Source: a virus (Duplodnaviria > Caudoviricetes). From it: a stretch of DNA of 64,000 nucleotides. Positions 1 to 10,087 of the stretch are shown here, one piece after another (the first letter of the stretch is position 1; each line of letters starts with the position of its first letter). Where the stretch lies: the IMG/VR virus record IMGVR_UViG_3300016484_000881, positions 157 to 64,156 of that record; one strand, 5' to 3'. The position numbers and the translations under genes were made by a program. The notes under the pieces are model-generated. The model saw nothing but the letters and a program-made list of their open reading frames with translations, was not told the origin of the DNA and made no database searches.

Positions 1-952
1 CAGCCAGTGGATCGTCACAGTTGATGATAGTGCCAACCTCACTGCTGACCGTTCAAAGTACGGAACAGTCAGTACCATCACCTATGAGGCGAAGCACAGT
101 GCTGCGTTCACAGACACGCTCTATGCAACGATCAATCAAATTAGCCTGACCTACGGCTATACAATCGATGGGGAAGGCACTGCCTATGGCAGCTTCAATA
201 CCGTCAATGCCAACTCAGACGATGCAACCGCCAATCAATGGGAGAATGCATATGGCTCTTACAACAGAGTTCTGGTTCAGGGTAACAAGGCTAGTGTTGA
301 CAATGTGTACGGCGTATATGGCATTGCACAGACCTCCGGTGCTGCCCTTGGATCAGCTCTCACCCAGATAACAAATGCCTATGGAGGCAGCTTCAATGTC
401 ACCGCGGGCGCGGCCAATCGAAACATAACGAATGGCTATGGCGTGTTCATTAGCGGAACGGCCACTGGCACCATCACCAACAAGTGGGGCCTCTACGTCA
501 ATGTAGCGTGGGACAACTACATGGCGGGCTCTCTCGGAGTCGGAACCAACGCTCCGGGCTATAAAATTCACGCCGTTGGTGGTGTCGTGGCTGGTGCTGG
601 TGCCTATGTCAACACATCAGATCGACGCTTGAAAACCAAGGTGCGACCGACAACATATGGACTAACTCAAATCTTAAAACTACGCCCAGTAGAGTTTGAA
701 TGGCGAGATCAATCCGGAGATGACGACTGGAACAAGGGAATTCAGTTGGGCCTCATAGCCCAAGAGGTCGAGAAAGTAATTCCGGAAGTCGTATCAACCA
801 ACCAGCGTGACAAAAAGAAAACGAAGAGCTTGGCCTACGGTACCTTAGTTCCGGTACTGGTCCGCGCTATACAACAGCAAGAAAAACGCATCAAGGCTCT
901 TGAATCAAAGAATTGGTCGAGTATCACTCGTCAAAAGAACAAAAGGAAATAA
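1..952 (+). CDS. Tail fibre/receptor-binding protein, C-terminal part with intramolecular chaperone (peptidase S74-like) domain; 5' partial
   Basis: Frame open from position 2 to TAA 950-952; NTSDRRLK...GLIAQEVEKVIPEVV...LVPVLVRAIQQQ chaperone signature. Confidence 0.85.
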   Translation, partial: SQWIVTVDDSANLTADRSKYGTVSTITYEAKHSAAFTDTLYATINQISLTYGYTIDGEGTAYGSFNTVNANSDDATANQWENAYGSYNRVLVQGNKASVDNVYGVYGIAQTSGAALGSALTQITNAYGGSFNVTAGAANRNITNGYGVFISGTATGTITNKWGLYVNVAWDNYMAGSLGVGTNAPGYKIHAVGGVVAGAGAYVNTSDRRLKTKVRPTTYGLTQILKLRPVEFEWRDQSGDDDWNKGIQLGLIAQEVEKVIPEVVSTNQRDKKKTKSLAYGTLVPVLVRAIQQQEKRIKALESKNWSSITRQKNKRK

Positions 953-953
953 A

Positions 954-1292
954 ATGATTGAGCAGATAAAACTCTGGGCCGCTTCACAGGCAGTCGAACT
1001 CTTTGCTTCAATTTCCGGAGCGCTAATGCACGTTATGTTCGCTTGGGCTCATCCAGTGATCGCTGCTCGACAATTTATTATCTGCATCTTATCAGGATAT
1101 TGGTTTGGTCCTGTGGTCGGTGGATTTATTACTCACTACACAATCTTTTCTGATGATAAGGCCTATGCCGCTGGAATTGCGATTACTGGTCTCGGTGGTG
1201 TCTATGCATTAGAAATTATTGTTGGAATCTGGCGAACAGTGAGAGATCATCCTGAAAGTCTATTGAAACTAGTTCCTTGGAGAAAGCAATGA
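954..1292 (+). CDS. Holin-like membrane protein
   Basis: 112 aa from ATG 954, 2-3 hydrophobic segments, basic C-terminus, upstream of endolysin. Confidence 0.6.
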   Translation: MIEQIKLWAASQAVELFASISGALMHVMFAWAHPVIAARQFIICILSGYWFGPVVGGFITHYTIFSDDKAYAAGIAITGLGGVYALEIIVGIWRTVRDHPESLLKLVPWRKQ

Positions 1293-1438
1293 AACAGAGA
1301 ACAGCGAGATATGGTCTCATCATGATTTTAGTCTTAATGGTAGTTACGACTGGAACACCGTTGGTGAGTAATTCTGCTCAACAGTATTTGGTTCAAGCTG
1401 TCAGGTACAGAGCTTTCAATTGTTTAGGGCCTCAGTAA
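1289..1438 (+). CDS. Small membrane protein (49 aa) in lysis cassette
   Basis: ATGA overlap with previous gene; MKQRTARYGLIMILVLMVVTTG...; below ORF-track cutoff, translated by hand. Confidence 0.5.
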   Translation: MKQRTARYGLIMILVLMVVTTGTPLVSNSAQQYLVQAVRYRAFNCLGPQ

Positions 1439-1453
1439 AAACGGAGAAAGAAT

Positions 1454-2431
1454 ATGAAAACGATAGACAGTTTTGTTGGAGCAGCTAAAAGGCTCGATGA
1501 TGTTGATTTGCCCAAGTGGGGCCACACTATCGGAGTCGGTGAAGATGAGCTTCATGCTTTCATGGACGTCGAAGCTGCTGGTTCTGGGTTTGATTCAAAA
1601 AATCGTCTTACTCTACTTCCAGAGCCACATATTTTTTACAGGCTCCTGGAGAATTCTGGGAATAAAAGTCTTCTCAAGAAAGCTGTTTCTCAAGGAATCG
1701 CTTATAAGAAATGGCGAACAAAACCATACCCAAGATCGAATGATGCAAAGTATGAACTTCTAAAGCGCATGATGCTCATCAATGAAGAAATTGCTCTTCA
1801 GTCTTGCTCTTGGGGATTGTTCCAAATCATGGGGTTCAATTTCAAGAAAGCTGGTTTCACATCTGCTGCTGAGATGGTTGCAGTTTTTCTAACTGATGAA
1901 GAAGAACACCTTAAGGCAGTAATCAATTTCTTGAAAGCTTCTAAACTTGATGATGATCTTCGCGCTCACCGCTGGAACATTCTTGAGGACATCTACAATG
2001 GTGGTGGATTCAATGGATTTTATGCAAAGAAGCTTGAGAAGTCTTTCAATAAATGGAAGAAGATACGAGACACTCCATGGTCTTTTGATCAAGCATTGAA
2101 TGAGATTAAGTCAGAAGCCAAAAATGGCCCGCCTGTTGCTTTGCCGCCCATAAGCAACAAAGGTGCCACCCTGCCCCAAAAGGCCGCTACGCCGCCAAAT
2201 GCGGGCAATGGCGGGGCCATTGGCAGCTTGCCTAGCCACACAGCACAAAAAACTAAGTCCGCAACAATTTTTGATCGTCTAGAAGTCGTGGTGATTTGGC
2301 TCATGGCTATTTTCACCAATGCTTGGACTTTCTTAACATCGATTGATTGGAGAATTGCAGTTCCTTCAATCATTCTTGGGTCCATCATTCTAGGACTCTT
2401 GCTTTGGCTTATTTTTAGGAGAAAGACATGA
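1454..2431 (+). CDS. Endolysin, N-acetylmuramidase (DUF3380-like) with Pro/Ala linker and C-terminal hydrophobic segments
   Basis: DVEAAGSGF, FEPH-like PEPHIFY, SCSWGLFQIMGFN motifs. Confidence 0.85.
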   Translation: MKTIDSFVGAAKRLDDVDLPKWGHTIGVGEDELHAFMDVEAAGSGFDSKNRLTLLPEPHIFYRLLENSGNKSLLKKAVSQGIAYKKWRTKPYPRSNDAKYELLKRMMLINEEIALQSCSWGLFQIMGFNFKKAGFTSAAEMVAVFLTDEEEHLKAVINFLKASKLDDDLRAHRWNILEDIYNGGGFNGFYAKKLEKSFNKWKKIRDTPWSFDQALNEIKSEAKNGPPVALPPISNKGATLPQKAATPPNAGNGGAIGSLPSHTAQKTKSATIFDRLEVVVIWLMAIFTNAWTFLTSIDWRIAVPSIILGSIILGLLLWLIFRRKT

Positions 2432-2808
2432 ATATGAAATTGAATTCAAACTTCAAATCAAAGATTAACATCACGCAGATCATCGGTTTGATTGCCATGG
2501 TTCTTGCGATGAAGGGTATTGAACTATCAGCAGAGCAACAAGCTGCTTTGGTCACAGTGATCGGCATGATCATTCCAGCAATCACATTTGTGTGGTCTTG
2601 GTTCTACACTCCCGCAGCAAAGGGCACAATTGGCTTGAGAGCAATTGATCTCACGCAAATTGGTTCTATGGCAACTGTTTTGACATTGTTCACAGACCTG
2701 TTCGGTTCTAGTGCAGCTGATGAAAAAGTTGGCTTCATTGCTGCTCCAGTAATTGGGACTCAGATCATCACACTTATGCTTCGCGTGTTCTTGTCTAAAC
2801 TCAGGTAG
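2428..2808 (+). CDS. Membrane protein (holin-like), lysis cassette
   Basis: Several hydrophobic helices; ATGA overlap with endolysin. Confidence 0.5.
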   Translation: MNMKLNSNFKSKINITQIIGLIAMVLAMKGIELSAEQQAALVTVIGMIIPAITFVWSWFYTPAAKGTIGLRAIDLTQIGSMATVLTLFTDLFGSSAADEKVGFIAAPVIGTQIITLMLRVFLSKLR

Positions 2809-2816
2809 AGTCAGTA

Positions 2817-2872
2817 AAGTCAGAGATATCTTCTCAAACCACTGTAATTGCTTGAGTTTTTATCTCTGACTT
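2817..2872 (+). terminator. Stem-loop after lysis cassette (possible terminator)
   Basis: Perfect 12-bp inverted repeat AAGTCAGAGATA (2817-2828) / TATCTCTGACTT (2861-2872); no clear U-tract. Confidence 0.4.
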
Positions 2873-2963
2873 CACCTGCTTTACTGGCACCACCTGCCAG
2901 CCAGTTACAGGCTACCGCTGCCCAAGGTGGCTTTGAGCTTTGTTTGCCCTTACTTTTATTTTT

Positions 2964-3076
2964 GTAGAGTAAGTAGAGTAAGTAGAGGCAACGGTTCATA
3001 AGCCTTTGTTTTACCTAAAGAGATTCTGACTCTACTTGATTCCACAGAATAATCTCGAGTGAAGCCAAGTAGAGTC
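2964..3076. repeat. GTAGAGT(A/C) motif cluster, tandem and inverted
   Basis: GTAGAGTAA at 2964 and 2973, GTAGAG at 2982, GACTCTACTT 3028-3037, AAGTAGAGTC 3067-3076. Confidence 0.7.
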
Positions 3077-3148
3077 AAACTCTGAATTTCTGAAGTTGCA
3101 TTAGCCATCTCTTTGGGTTAAAAAGTTCCGTCATAGGAGATACTAAAT

Positions 3149-4621
3149 ATGGATCTGTCAGAGTATGAGCATGTAATTGCTCCATTTCTTCATCAGAAGA
3201 AGCATCTTGAAAATCATGTAGAAGAAACAGCTTGGGGGCTACTCTGGGAACAGGGAACAGCTAAGACTAAGCCGATTGTTGATACAGCCGCTTTTCTTTA
3301 TATGAACAAAAAGATAGATGCTCTATTAGTTGTTGCTCCTCCAGGAGTTGAGCGAAATTGGAAGACGGATGAAATTCCAAAACATCTTCCTCATGATATT
3401 TCTATCGACACAATGGTTCAAGTTTTTCTTTCAAATCAAAAGCACACAAAGAATCACAAGAAATTGATGGAGGCTCTTATTCGTCATAAGGGTCTAGCTG
3501 TGATGCTCATCTCTTATAATGCTTTCATGACTACGGAAGGAAAAAACACTGTCTGGAAATTCTTAAGACATCGTCGTGTTCTTTATGTTTTGGATGAAGC
3601 ACACAATATCAAGGCTCCAGGAGCAAAGAGAACTAGATCAATCATCGCTTCTGGAAAATATGCAGCATGTCGTAGAATTTTAACTGGAACTCCAATCGCT
3701 GTTGGTCCTTTTGATATCTATTCACAAATTAGATTTCTTGATGAATTCTTCTGGAAAAGAAAAGGCATTAGTAACTATCAGGGTTACAAGCAATTTTTTG
3801 GAGAATGGTTCACAGCTGGTGAGTGTAAGAAAGAGCTTGGCTTTGATCCAGGGTATGACAAACTACTGAGATACAAAAATCTCAATCTACTAGAAGAATG
3901 GATGAAAGAAATAACAGATCGAGTTCTAAAAGAAGAAGTTCTCGACCTTCCACCAAAGCTGTACTCTAAGCACTATGTTGAGATGACTAGTCAACAAAAG
4001 ACGATCTACAATGAGCTCCGTGAAGAATTCTTATATGAGTTTGAAGATGGCTGCACCATTGATGGTGAGCTACCGATTGTCAGACTTCTTCGTCTTCAGC
4101 AGATTCTCTGTAACTACGTTCCAAATGGTAAAGAAGAACCTGTTCGCATCTTGGGCAAAGAAAATCCTCGTTTGAATGCCATGGAAGATCTTCGTGATCA
4201 GATCTTTCATCCAGGGATTATTTGGGCGCGGTTTACCCAAGATGTGACTCAACTTATGGATTTATTCGGAGATAAAGCAGTTCGGTATGATGGAACTGTT
4301 GATCAAGATCAAGCAGAAAGAAATAAGCTAGCTTTTCAGCGTGGAGAAAAGCAGTGGTTCATTGGCACTGCTCAAAAGGGAGGGCCGGGTCTCACTCTTC
4401 ACATGGCGAAGACTATGATCTATTATTCGAATAGCTTTAAGCTGATTGATCGCCTACAATCTGAGGATCGTGCTCATCGAGCTGGAATGGATAACAATCC
4501 AGTTAACTATATAGACATTGTTTGTCAGGGAACTGTAGATGAAAAGATCGTAGACAATCTTCGTGGAAAGAGAGATATTGCTTCTAGTATTCTTGGTGAT
4601 GAGCTTAGGGATTGGATATGA
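3149..4621 (+). CDS. SNF2-family (SF2) DNA helicase
   Basis: EQGTAKT (motif I), DEAH, LTGTP, GLTL, QSEDRAHRAG motifs. Confidence 0.9.
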   Translation: MDLSEYEHVIAPFLHQKKHLENHVEETAWGLLWEQGTAKTKPIVDTAAFLYMNKKIDALLVVAPPGVERNWKTDEIPKHLPHDISIDTMVQVFLSNQKHTKNHKKLMEALIRHKGLAVMLISYNAFMTTEGKNTVWKFLRHRRVLYVLDEAHNIKAPGAKRTRSIIASGKYAACRRILTGTPIAVGPFDIYSQIRFLDEFFWKRKGISNYQGYKQFFGEWFTAGECKKELGFDPGYDKLLRYKNLNLLEEWMKEITDRVLKEEVLDLPPKLYSKHYVEMTSQQKTIYNELREEFLYEFEDGCTIDGELPIVRLLRLQQILCNYVPNGKEEPVRILGKENPRLNAMEDLRDQIFHPGIIWARFTQDVTQLMDLFGDKAVRYDGTVDQDQAERNKLAFQRGEKQWFIGTAQKGGPGLTLHMAKTMIYYSNSFKLIDRLQSEDRAHRAGMDNNPVNYIDIVCQGTVDEKIVDNLRGKRDIASSILGDELRDWI

Positions 4622-4956
4622 CTGTACTCATAGTTCAACAACAAATCAAATTCGATGTAGCGACTGGAACGGTTATGCCGAGGTTTGAAGGAATTGAGAA
4701 AGCTTCAAAGTTTGGTGAACTTCGTTTTCTACTTGGACCAAATTCAACAGCTTTTGAACCTGAAAGAGCTGTAGGAGAACTTCATCTAGGATTAAAGAAC
4801 TTTTCTGATCAAGATTTTCTACTACTGGTTGGGAATCCAATTTTGATAGGTTTGGCAACTTCAATCGCTGCAAACTACAACAATGGAAAAGTTAAGTTTC
4901 TGCAATGGTCAGGTAGAGAGAGTAATTATTCAGAGATCTTTGTACGAATCTTTTGA
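4618..4956 (+). CDS. Hypothetical protein
   Basis: ATG 4618 overlaps helicase stop. Confidence 0.7.
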   Translation: MTVLIVQQQIKFDVATGTVMPRFEGIEKASKFGELRFLLGPNSTAFEPERAVGELHLGLKNFSDQDFLLLVGNPILIGLATSIAANYNNGKVKFLQWSGRESNYSEIFVRIF

Positions 4957-4957
4957 A

Positions 4958-4986
4958 TTGTTTTAGAAATAGTATAGTGCTAGGGT
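4958..4986 (+). promoter_or_regulatory. sigma70-type promoter
   Basis: TTGTTT-N17-TAGGGT in intergenic gap. Confidence 0.5.
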
Positions 4987-5091
4987 TGCTCTTGGTGGCT
5001 CAATGATTCCCTGTTACTGTCAAAACTCAGTACGCATTGATATCATTTGGTTCTGTACATGATGGGAAATTTAAAGCGGAAAGGAAAGAAT

Positions 5092-5667
5092 ATGGCAACT
5101 GAAATTCATGATTATTCAGAGTTTTCTAGAGACACAGACCAATCTAGACACCAGATTGGTGGAAATTTGATTGCTGCATTGACTGATCTAGCAGATCAGC
5201 TAGAATCGGCTGAGGAGCTAGTCGCCGATTTAGAGGTCAAGCTTGAAGAAGCAAAAAAGGCTGCTCGCAATTTAAGTGAACACGAAATTCCTAAACTCTT
5301 AGATGGAATGGAAAGTAAAGTCACGCTCCCAGATAAGCGAGTCATTGAAGTTACCGAAAAGATTAGATCTAGTGCCACGGGTGATCGCAAGATATTTGCG
5401 ATTAAGTGGCTTGAGGATCACGGTCATGGGGCTATGGTAAAGAATCAGTTTATTCTTGATTTCCACAAGGGCCAGGAAGAAAAAGTTGCCGCCTTTGAAA
5501 AAATTCTCAGAGATAGTGGAATTCATTTCAACGTCAAGAAAGAGAGATCTATTCATCATTCAACCCTAGAGGCCTTTGTTCGTCAATCTTTAGAGGATGG
5601 TGAAGCAATTCCTCTTGACACATTTGGTGTCTATAGACAGAAATCTACAAGGATTAAACAGAAATGA
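5092..5667 (+). CDS. Conserved phage replication-module protein (coiled-coil N-terminus)
   Basis: RBS GGAAAG before ATG 5092; IHHSTLEAFVRQSLEDG C-terminal motif typical of this module. Confidence 0.7.
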   Translation: MATEIHDYSEFSRDTDQSRHQIGGNLIAALTDLADQLESAEELVADLEVKLEEAKKAARNLSEHEIPKLLDGMESKVTLPDKRVIEVTEKIRSSATGDRKIFAIKWLEDHGHGAMVKNQFILDFHKGQEEKVAAFEKILRDSGIHFNVKKERSIHHSTLEAFVRQSLEDGEAIPLDTFGVYRQKSTRIKQK

Positions 5668-5857
5668 GTTTGTGGAAATCCTGAGCAGTAATGCCGGGAG
5701 GCTTACATCTTGGCTTATGACGCTTGATATTGGTTCGAGCAGTTTCGCTGAGGTCAACGCAGAATAAGTTTCTGATTTCCACAGAATTTTCATCAGAACT
5801 GTCCAAGGTGGGTAGTTCTGGGGTAAATTCACCCATTGAAAAATGAAAGGTTTAACA

Positions 5858-6718
5858 ATGTCCAAAGGCAAAGAAGTTGCAGTTGTGGAAGAAGTTTCGA
5901 CAGCTATCCAAACATTTGATTATGGAGAAGATGCTGGTCGCGGATTTGAAAAGATCGAAGGATCAGATCTTTCAATTCCATTTTTGAATGTTCTTCAGGG
6001 AAATTCACCCGAGGTTGAGCAGAAGTTGGTTCCAGGTGCCGAAGCCGGAATGCTGTTTAATACAGTAACGAAAGAACTGTACAAGGAAGTTATTTTTCTA
6101 CCAGTTCATAAAGAGGAAGCTTGGGTTGAATGGGTTCCTCGTCTCAAAGGTGGTGGTTTCGTTGGGATTCACGATCCAGCTGGCGAACTGGTTCAGAATC
6201 TAATCAAACTAAATGGAGGACGAATTCCTCCAAAGGGTCAAGATGGTAAGCGTCTCCCATTCAAGAACGGAACAAATGAAGTGATTGAGACCTATTACGT
6301 CTATGGTCTTATTCTTGATCCTGAAGGAAAAGATCAAGAATCTTTTGCAATTATTTCCTTCAGCTCAACAAAGATCAAGCCATATCGTGACTGGCTTACT
6401 TCAATGTTCTTGATCAAGGGAAATAATGGTCGTCCACCTCCGATGTTTGCTAATCGGGCTAGGTTGAAGACAGAACGTCAAACAAACGATTCTGGGCAAC
6501 CGTATCATAACTTTAATATCAGCCCGTTCAGGAATAGCTGGAAAGATTCTTTGATTGACCCAAAGACTGAAGCTGACCTCTTGGTCAAGGGAAAGAAATT
6601 TCTTGACATGGTCCTCAATGGTGTTGCTCGCGCTGATTTCAGTCAACAGCAGCCGACAGCTTCTGGAGAGGGTGGCTCTGGAAAAGCCTCGCAGAATACT
6701 GAAGAAGCCCCATTCTGA
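5858..6718 (+). CDS. Putative ssDNA-binding/annealing protein
   Basis: IPFLNVLQGNSPEV motif, acidic-aromatic C-terminus (EEAPF), position among replication genes. Confidence 0.55.
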   Translation: MSKGKEVAVVEEVSTAIQTFDYGEDAGRGFEKIEGSDLSIPFLNVLQGNSPEVEQKLVPGAEAGMLFNTVTKELYKEVIFLPVHKEEAWVEWVPRLKGGGFVGIHDPAGELVQNLIKLNGGRIPPKGQDGKRLPFKNGTNEVIETYYVYGLILDPEGKDQESFAIISFSSTKIKPYRDWLTSMFLIKGNNGRPPPMFANRARLKTERQTNDSGQPYHNFNISPFRNSWKDSLIDPKTEADLLVKGKKFLDMVLNGVARADFSQQQPTASGEGGSGKASQNTEEAPF

Positions 6719-6788
6719 AAATTAACAATTTAGGCTATTGGCCGGATTCTATTTTCGTCCGGTCAATTTCCCATTTCAAGGAATTTTC

Positions 6789-8021
6789 ATGCTTTGGTCT
6801 CCACAACAAGACGATGCTCTCGTTCAAGCAAACGACTGGTATCTAAATAGTGAAAGGCAGGTTTTCCATCTTTTCGGGTATGCTGGAACTGGAAAGACAA
6901 CTCTCGCAAAACATTTAGCTGAAGGAATAGACGGAGAAGTTTTGTTCGCTGCCTATACAGGAAAAGCAACTCATGTCTTGAGAAGCAAAGGCTGTCAAAA
7001 CGCAAGCACAATTCATTCTCTATTATATATCTCGCTGGATAAAACCAGAGAGAGACTGGTAGAAATGGAAAAACAACTTTCTTCTCTAATACAAGAACTC
7101 ATCGATGCAGGTTTTGAAAACATAGATAATCACATTCGAGTTAAAGATTTAAGAAAGTTGATTGAGGCAGAAAGACAAAATCTCAAAAGCCCAAATTTCA
7201 TGTTGAACAGTGAAAGCCCAATCAAAGACGCTAGTCTAGTCATCATAGATGAATGCTCTATGGTTGATTCTAAGATGGGTGCTGATCTTTGCTCTTTTGG
7301 GACCAAGATCCTCGTTTTGGGTGATCCAGCGCAGCTTCCTCCAATCATGGGCGGCGGGTATTTCACAGAAAAAGTCAAGCCCAATATCATGCTTGAAGAA
7401 ATTCACCGTCAAGCAGAAGATTCACCAATAATTAGGATGGCCACAGAAACCAGAAAAGGTAAATCATTAAGCATTGGCAGTTATGGACCTAACTGTCAAG
7501 TTCTTTCTTTCGACGAGAAAATAGATCCGGATTTTGCTTTATCGTTTGATCAGATTCTTGTTGGAAAGAACGCCACTCGGTTTGCCACAAATAAGAGAAT
7601 GAGACAACTGAAGGGCTTTCAGGACCCGTATCCTGTAGTTGGGGATAGGCTTGTCTGTCTTAGAAATAACCCAGATCAAGGTCTTTATAATGGCTCTTTG
7701 GCGACTGTAAGTCATGTCGAAGGGGTCATAGATCAAAAAGTCATAATGGACGTTGTTCCTGAAGATTCAACTTTCGCTCAAACTACAGTAGCTCATGAAC
7801 ATCATTTCCTTGGAAAAGGTGAAGAATTACCTTGGTATGAAAAGAAAGAAGCAAATGAATTCGACTATGGGTATGCCCTGACTGTTCATAAATCTCAGGG
7901 CAGCCAGTGGAACAAAGTTCTTCTTTTTGATGAATCCAGCTCATTTCGTCAAGACAAATGGAGGTGGTTATACACCGGGATTACTCGATCAGCAGAAGAG
8001 CTGACAATCTCTAAACGATAA
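6789..8021 (+). CDS. Dda/RecD-like SF1B helicase
   Basis: GYAGTGKTT, AYTGKA, IIDECSM, GDPAQLPP, YALTVHKSQGSQW, YTGITR. Confidence 0.9.
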   Translation: MLWSPQQDDALVQANDWYLNSERQVFHLFGYAGTGKTTLAKHLAEGIDGEVLFAAYTGKATHVLRSKGCQNASTIHSLLYISLDKTRERLVEMEKQLSSLIQELIDAGFENIDNHIRVKDLRKLIEAERQNLKSPNFMLNSESPIKDASLVIIDECSMVDSKMGADLCSFGTKILVLGDPAQLPPIMGGGYFTEKVKPNIMLEEIHRQAEDSPIIRMATETRKGKSLSIGSYGPNCQVLSFDEKIDPDFALSFDQILVGKNATRFATNKRMRQLKGFQDPYPVVGDRLVCLRNNPDQGLYNGSLATVSHVEGVIDQKVIMDVVPEDSTFAQTTVAHEHHFLGKGEELPWYEKKEANEFDYGYALTVHKSQGSQWNKVLLFDESSSFRQDKWRWLYTGITRSAEELTISKR

Positions 8022-8023
8022 AT

Positions 8024-8203
8024 ATGAAAAATAAATCTATAGAGCATATTTTAGATTCAGCTCATCTTGATTTGAGTAGAGCTGGTTTTCTAATTGTGAT
8101 GATGATCATAAGAAGAAAATTGATTAAGTCTCATATTCAGGAGAGCATCAACAAACTTAGTTCAGCTCAAAAAACATTAGGAGAGCTCTATGATCGGTCC
8201 TAG
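8024..8203 (+). CDS. Small hypothetical protein (59 aa)
   Basis: Fills gap between helicase and RNR; translated by hand. Confidence 0.45.
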   Translation: MKNKSIEHILDSAHLDLSRAGFLIVMMIIRRKLIKSHIQESINKLSSAQKTLGELYDRS

Positions 8204-9986
8204 CATTGAAGCTTGTGATGAAGTCCATAAAGAGAAGTATCGTGGTCAGGGTGAAAATTTCAGAGAAGCGATGAATAGAATTTCAAGTGCTCTGCAAGAT
8301 GATCATGATCATTACATGGCATTTAGAAAAATTCTTCTCAACATGCGTTTTCTTCCTGCTGGAAGAGTTCAATCTTCAATTGGAAGTCTCAAAACCATTA
8401 CTCCATATAATTGTTTTGTCATGCCAACTATTCATGACAGTTTCACGGATGGCCCAACTGAAGAAGAACTGAAAAATCTGGCTGTTACAGATCATCCGCC
8501 ACTTTCCATTATGGACACTGCTAAGGCTGCCGCTATAACTATGCGTCAGGGTGGAGGTGTTGGGTATGACATCAGTACTCTTCGACCACGAGGGGATTAC
8601 ATTAAATCTGTTCAGTCCGTAACTGATGGACCAATGGCTTTCGCTCCAATCTACGATGCGGTTTGTCGTGCAACTTCATCAGCCGGGAATAGACGTGGCG
8701 CACAGATGCTTGTCATGCGTTGTGATCATCCGGACATTGAAATATTCATTCGAGCAAAACAATCTGAAAAGAATGTTCCGTATGATTATCGGCCACTGCG
8801 AGGTTTCAACATGAGTATCGCAGTAACAGATGCTCTTATGGAATGTTTACAAAGCGGAAAACCGTTTCCTCTCACGTTTTGTGGAAAAGTTTATAGAGAG
8901 GTTGACGCAGCAGCTCTCTGGGAAATGATCATGCGAGGAACCTATGATTGGGCAGAACCTGGAGTTTTGTTTATTGATACAATCAATAGGATGAACAATC
9001 TCTGGTATTGTGAAAAGATCGCTGCGACAAACCCATGTGGGGAACAACCTCTTCCTCCGTATGGCGCTTGTCTCCTTGGTTCTTGGAATCTCACGCAGTA
9101 TCTTAATGACGACAAAACTTTCAATTATGACCAGCTCATTGAAGATATTCCTCATGTTGTCAGAGCGATGGATAACATCGTAGATAGAGCAAGATATCCA
9201 TTGAAAGAACAGAAAAAAGAAGCTCAGACAAAAAGACGAATGGGTCTTGGTGTTACGGGACTTTCAAATTGCATTGAAGCCATGGGTGCTTTGTACGGAT
9301 CAATAGAATTCATAGAGCTTGAAGATAAAATTCTTAGGTTCATTACTAGGAATACCTATCTTGCCAGTGTTGATCTAGCCAAACAGAAAGGTCCTTTTGC
9401 TTATTTCGATCAAAAATATCTAAAGGGTGAATTTATCAAAACCCTTGATGAGGACGTTCAAGATCGGATCGGCAAGTACGGAATTCGTAATTCTCATTTG
9501 ACATCAATTGCTCCGACTGGTACTATCAGTTTCTGTGCAGATAATGTTTCTTCTGGAATTGAACCTGTCTTTGGTTACACACAGAAGAGGCGAGTTATCA
9601 TGGCTGACGGAGTTAAAATTGTCGACGTCCCGGATTACGGAGTTGGAACTTTAAAAGTTCACGGGAAAAGAGCTCAAGATGTAACTGCTAAAGAACATAT
9701 AGCAGTCCTTGCCACGGCCCAAAAGAACATAGACTCGTCTGTGAGTAAGACCTGTAATGTTCCAACGAACTATCCATATTCTGAGTTTAAAGATCTATAC
9801 ATCTCAGCCTTTGAACTAGGAGCGAAAGGTTGTACCACTTATCGCCCAAATGGAAATTATGACGAAGTCATAAAATCTGCTGATGAAAATACGGCTAACA
9901 ACGTTGAGAAAAAAGACATCTTAGAAGGTGAAGCTTGTTTCTTTGATCCAATCACTGGTCAGAGAACTGGAAATTGCGCAGAATAA
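8190..9986 (+). CDS. nrdJ: Ribonucleotide reductase, class II (adenosylcobalamin-dependent) type
   Basis: ATNPCGEQPL, RRMGLGVTGL, TSIAPTGTIS, KGCTTYR; no nrdB-like partner in window. Confidence 0.85.
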   Translation: MIGPSIEACDEVHKEKYRGQGENFREAMNRISSALQDDHDHYMAFRKILLNMRFLPAGRVQSSIGSLKTITPYNCFVMPTIHDSFTDGPTEEELKNLAVTDHPPLSIMDTAKAAAITMRQGGGVGYDISTLRPRGDYIKSVQSVTDGPMAFAPIYDAVCRATSSAGNRRGAQMLVMRCDHPDIEIFIRAKQSEKNVPYDYRPLRGFNMSIAVTDALMECLQSGKPFPLTFCGKVYREVDAAALWEMIMRGTYDWAEPGVLFIDTINRMNNLWYCEKIAATNPCGEQPLPPYGACLLGSWNLTQYLNDDKTFNYDQLIEDIPHVVRAMDNIVDRARYPLKEQKKEAQTKRRMGLGVTGLSNCIEAMGALYGSIEFIELEDKILRFITRNTYLASVDLAKQKGPFAYFDQKYLKGEFIKTLDEDVQDRIGKYGIRNSHLTSIAPTGTISFCADNVSSGIEPVFGYTQKRRVIMADGVKIVDVPDYGVGTLKVHGKRAQDVTAKEHIAVLATAQKNIDSSVSKTCNVPTNYPYSEFKDLYISAFELGAKGCTTYRPNGNYDEVIKSADENTANNVEKKDILEGEACFFDPITGQRTGNCAE

Positions 9987-10087
9987 TATCGTCTCAGAAG
10001 ATAAATAACTGTTGCTTCCTAAACGCGGATATGCAATAGTTCTAGCATGCTTGAAAAAGCAAAACAACCCGATATTGGAGATATATC

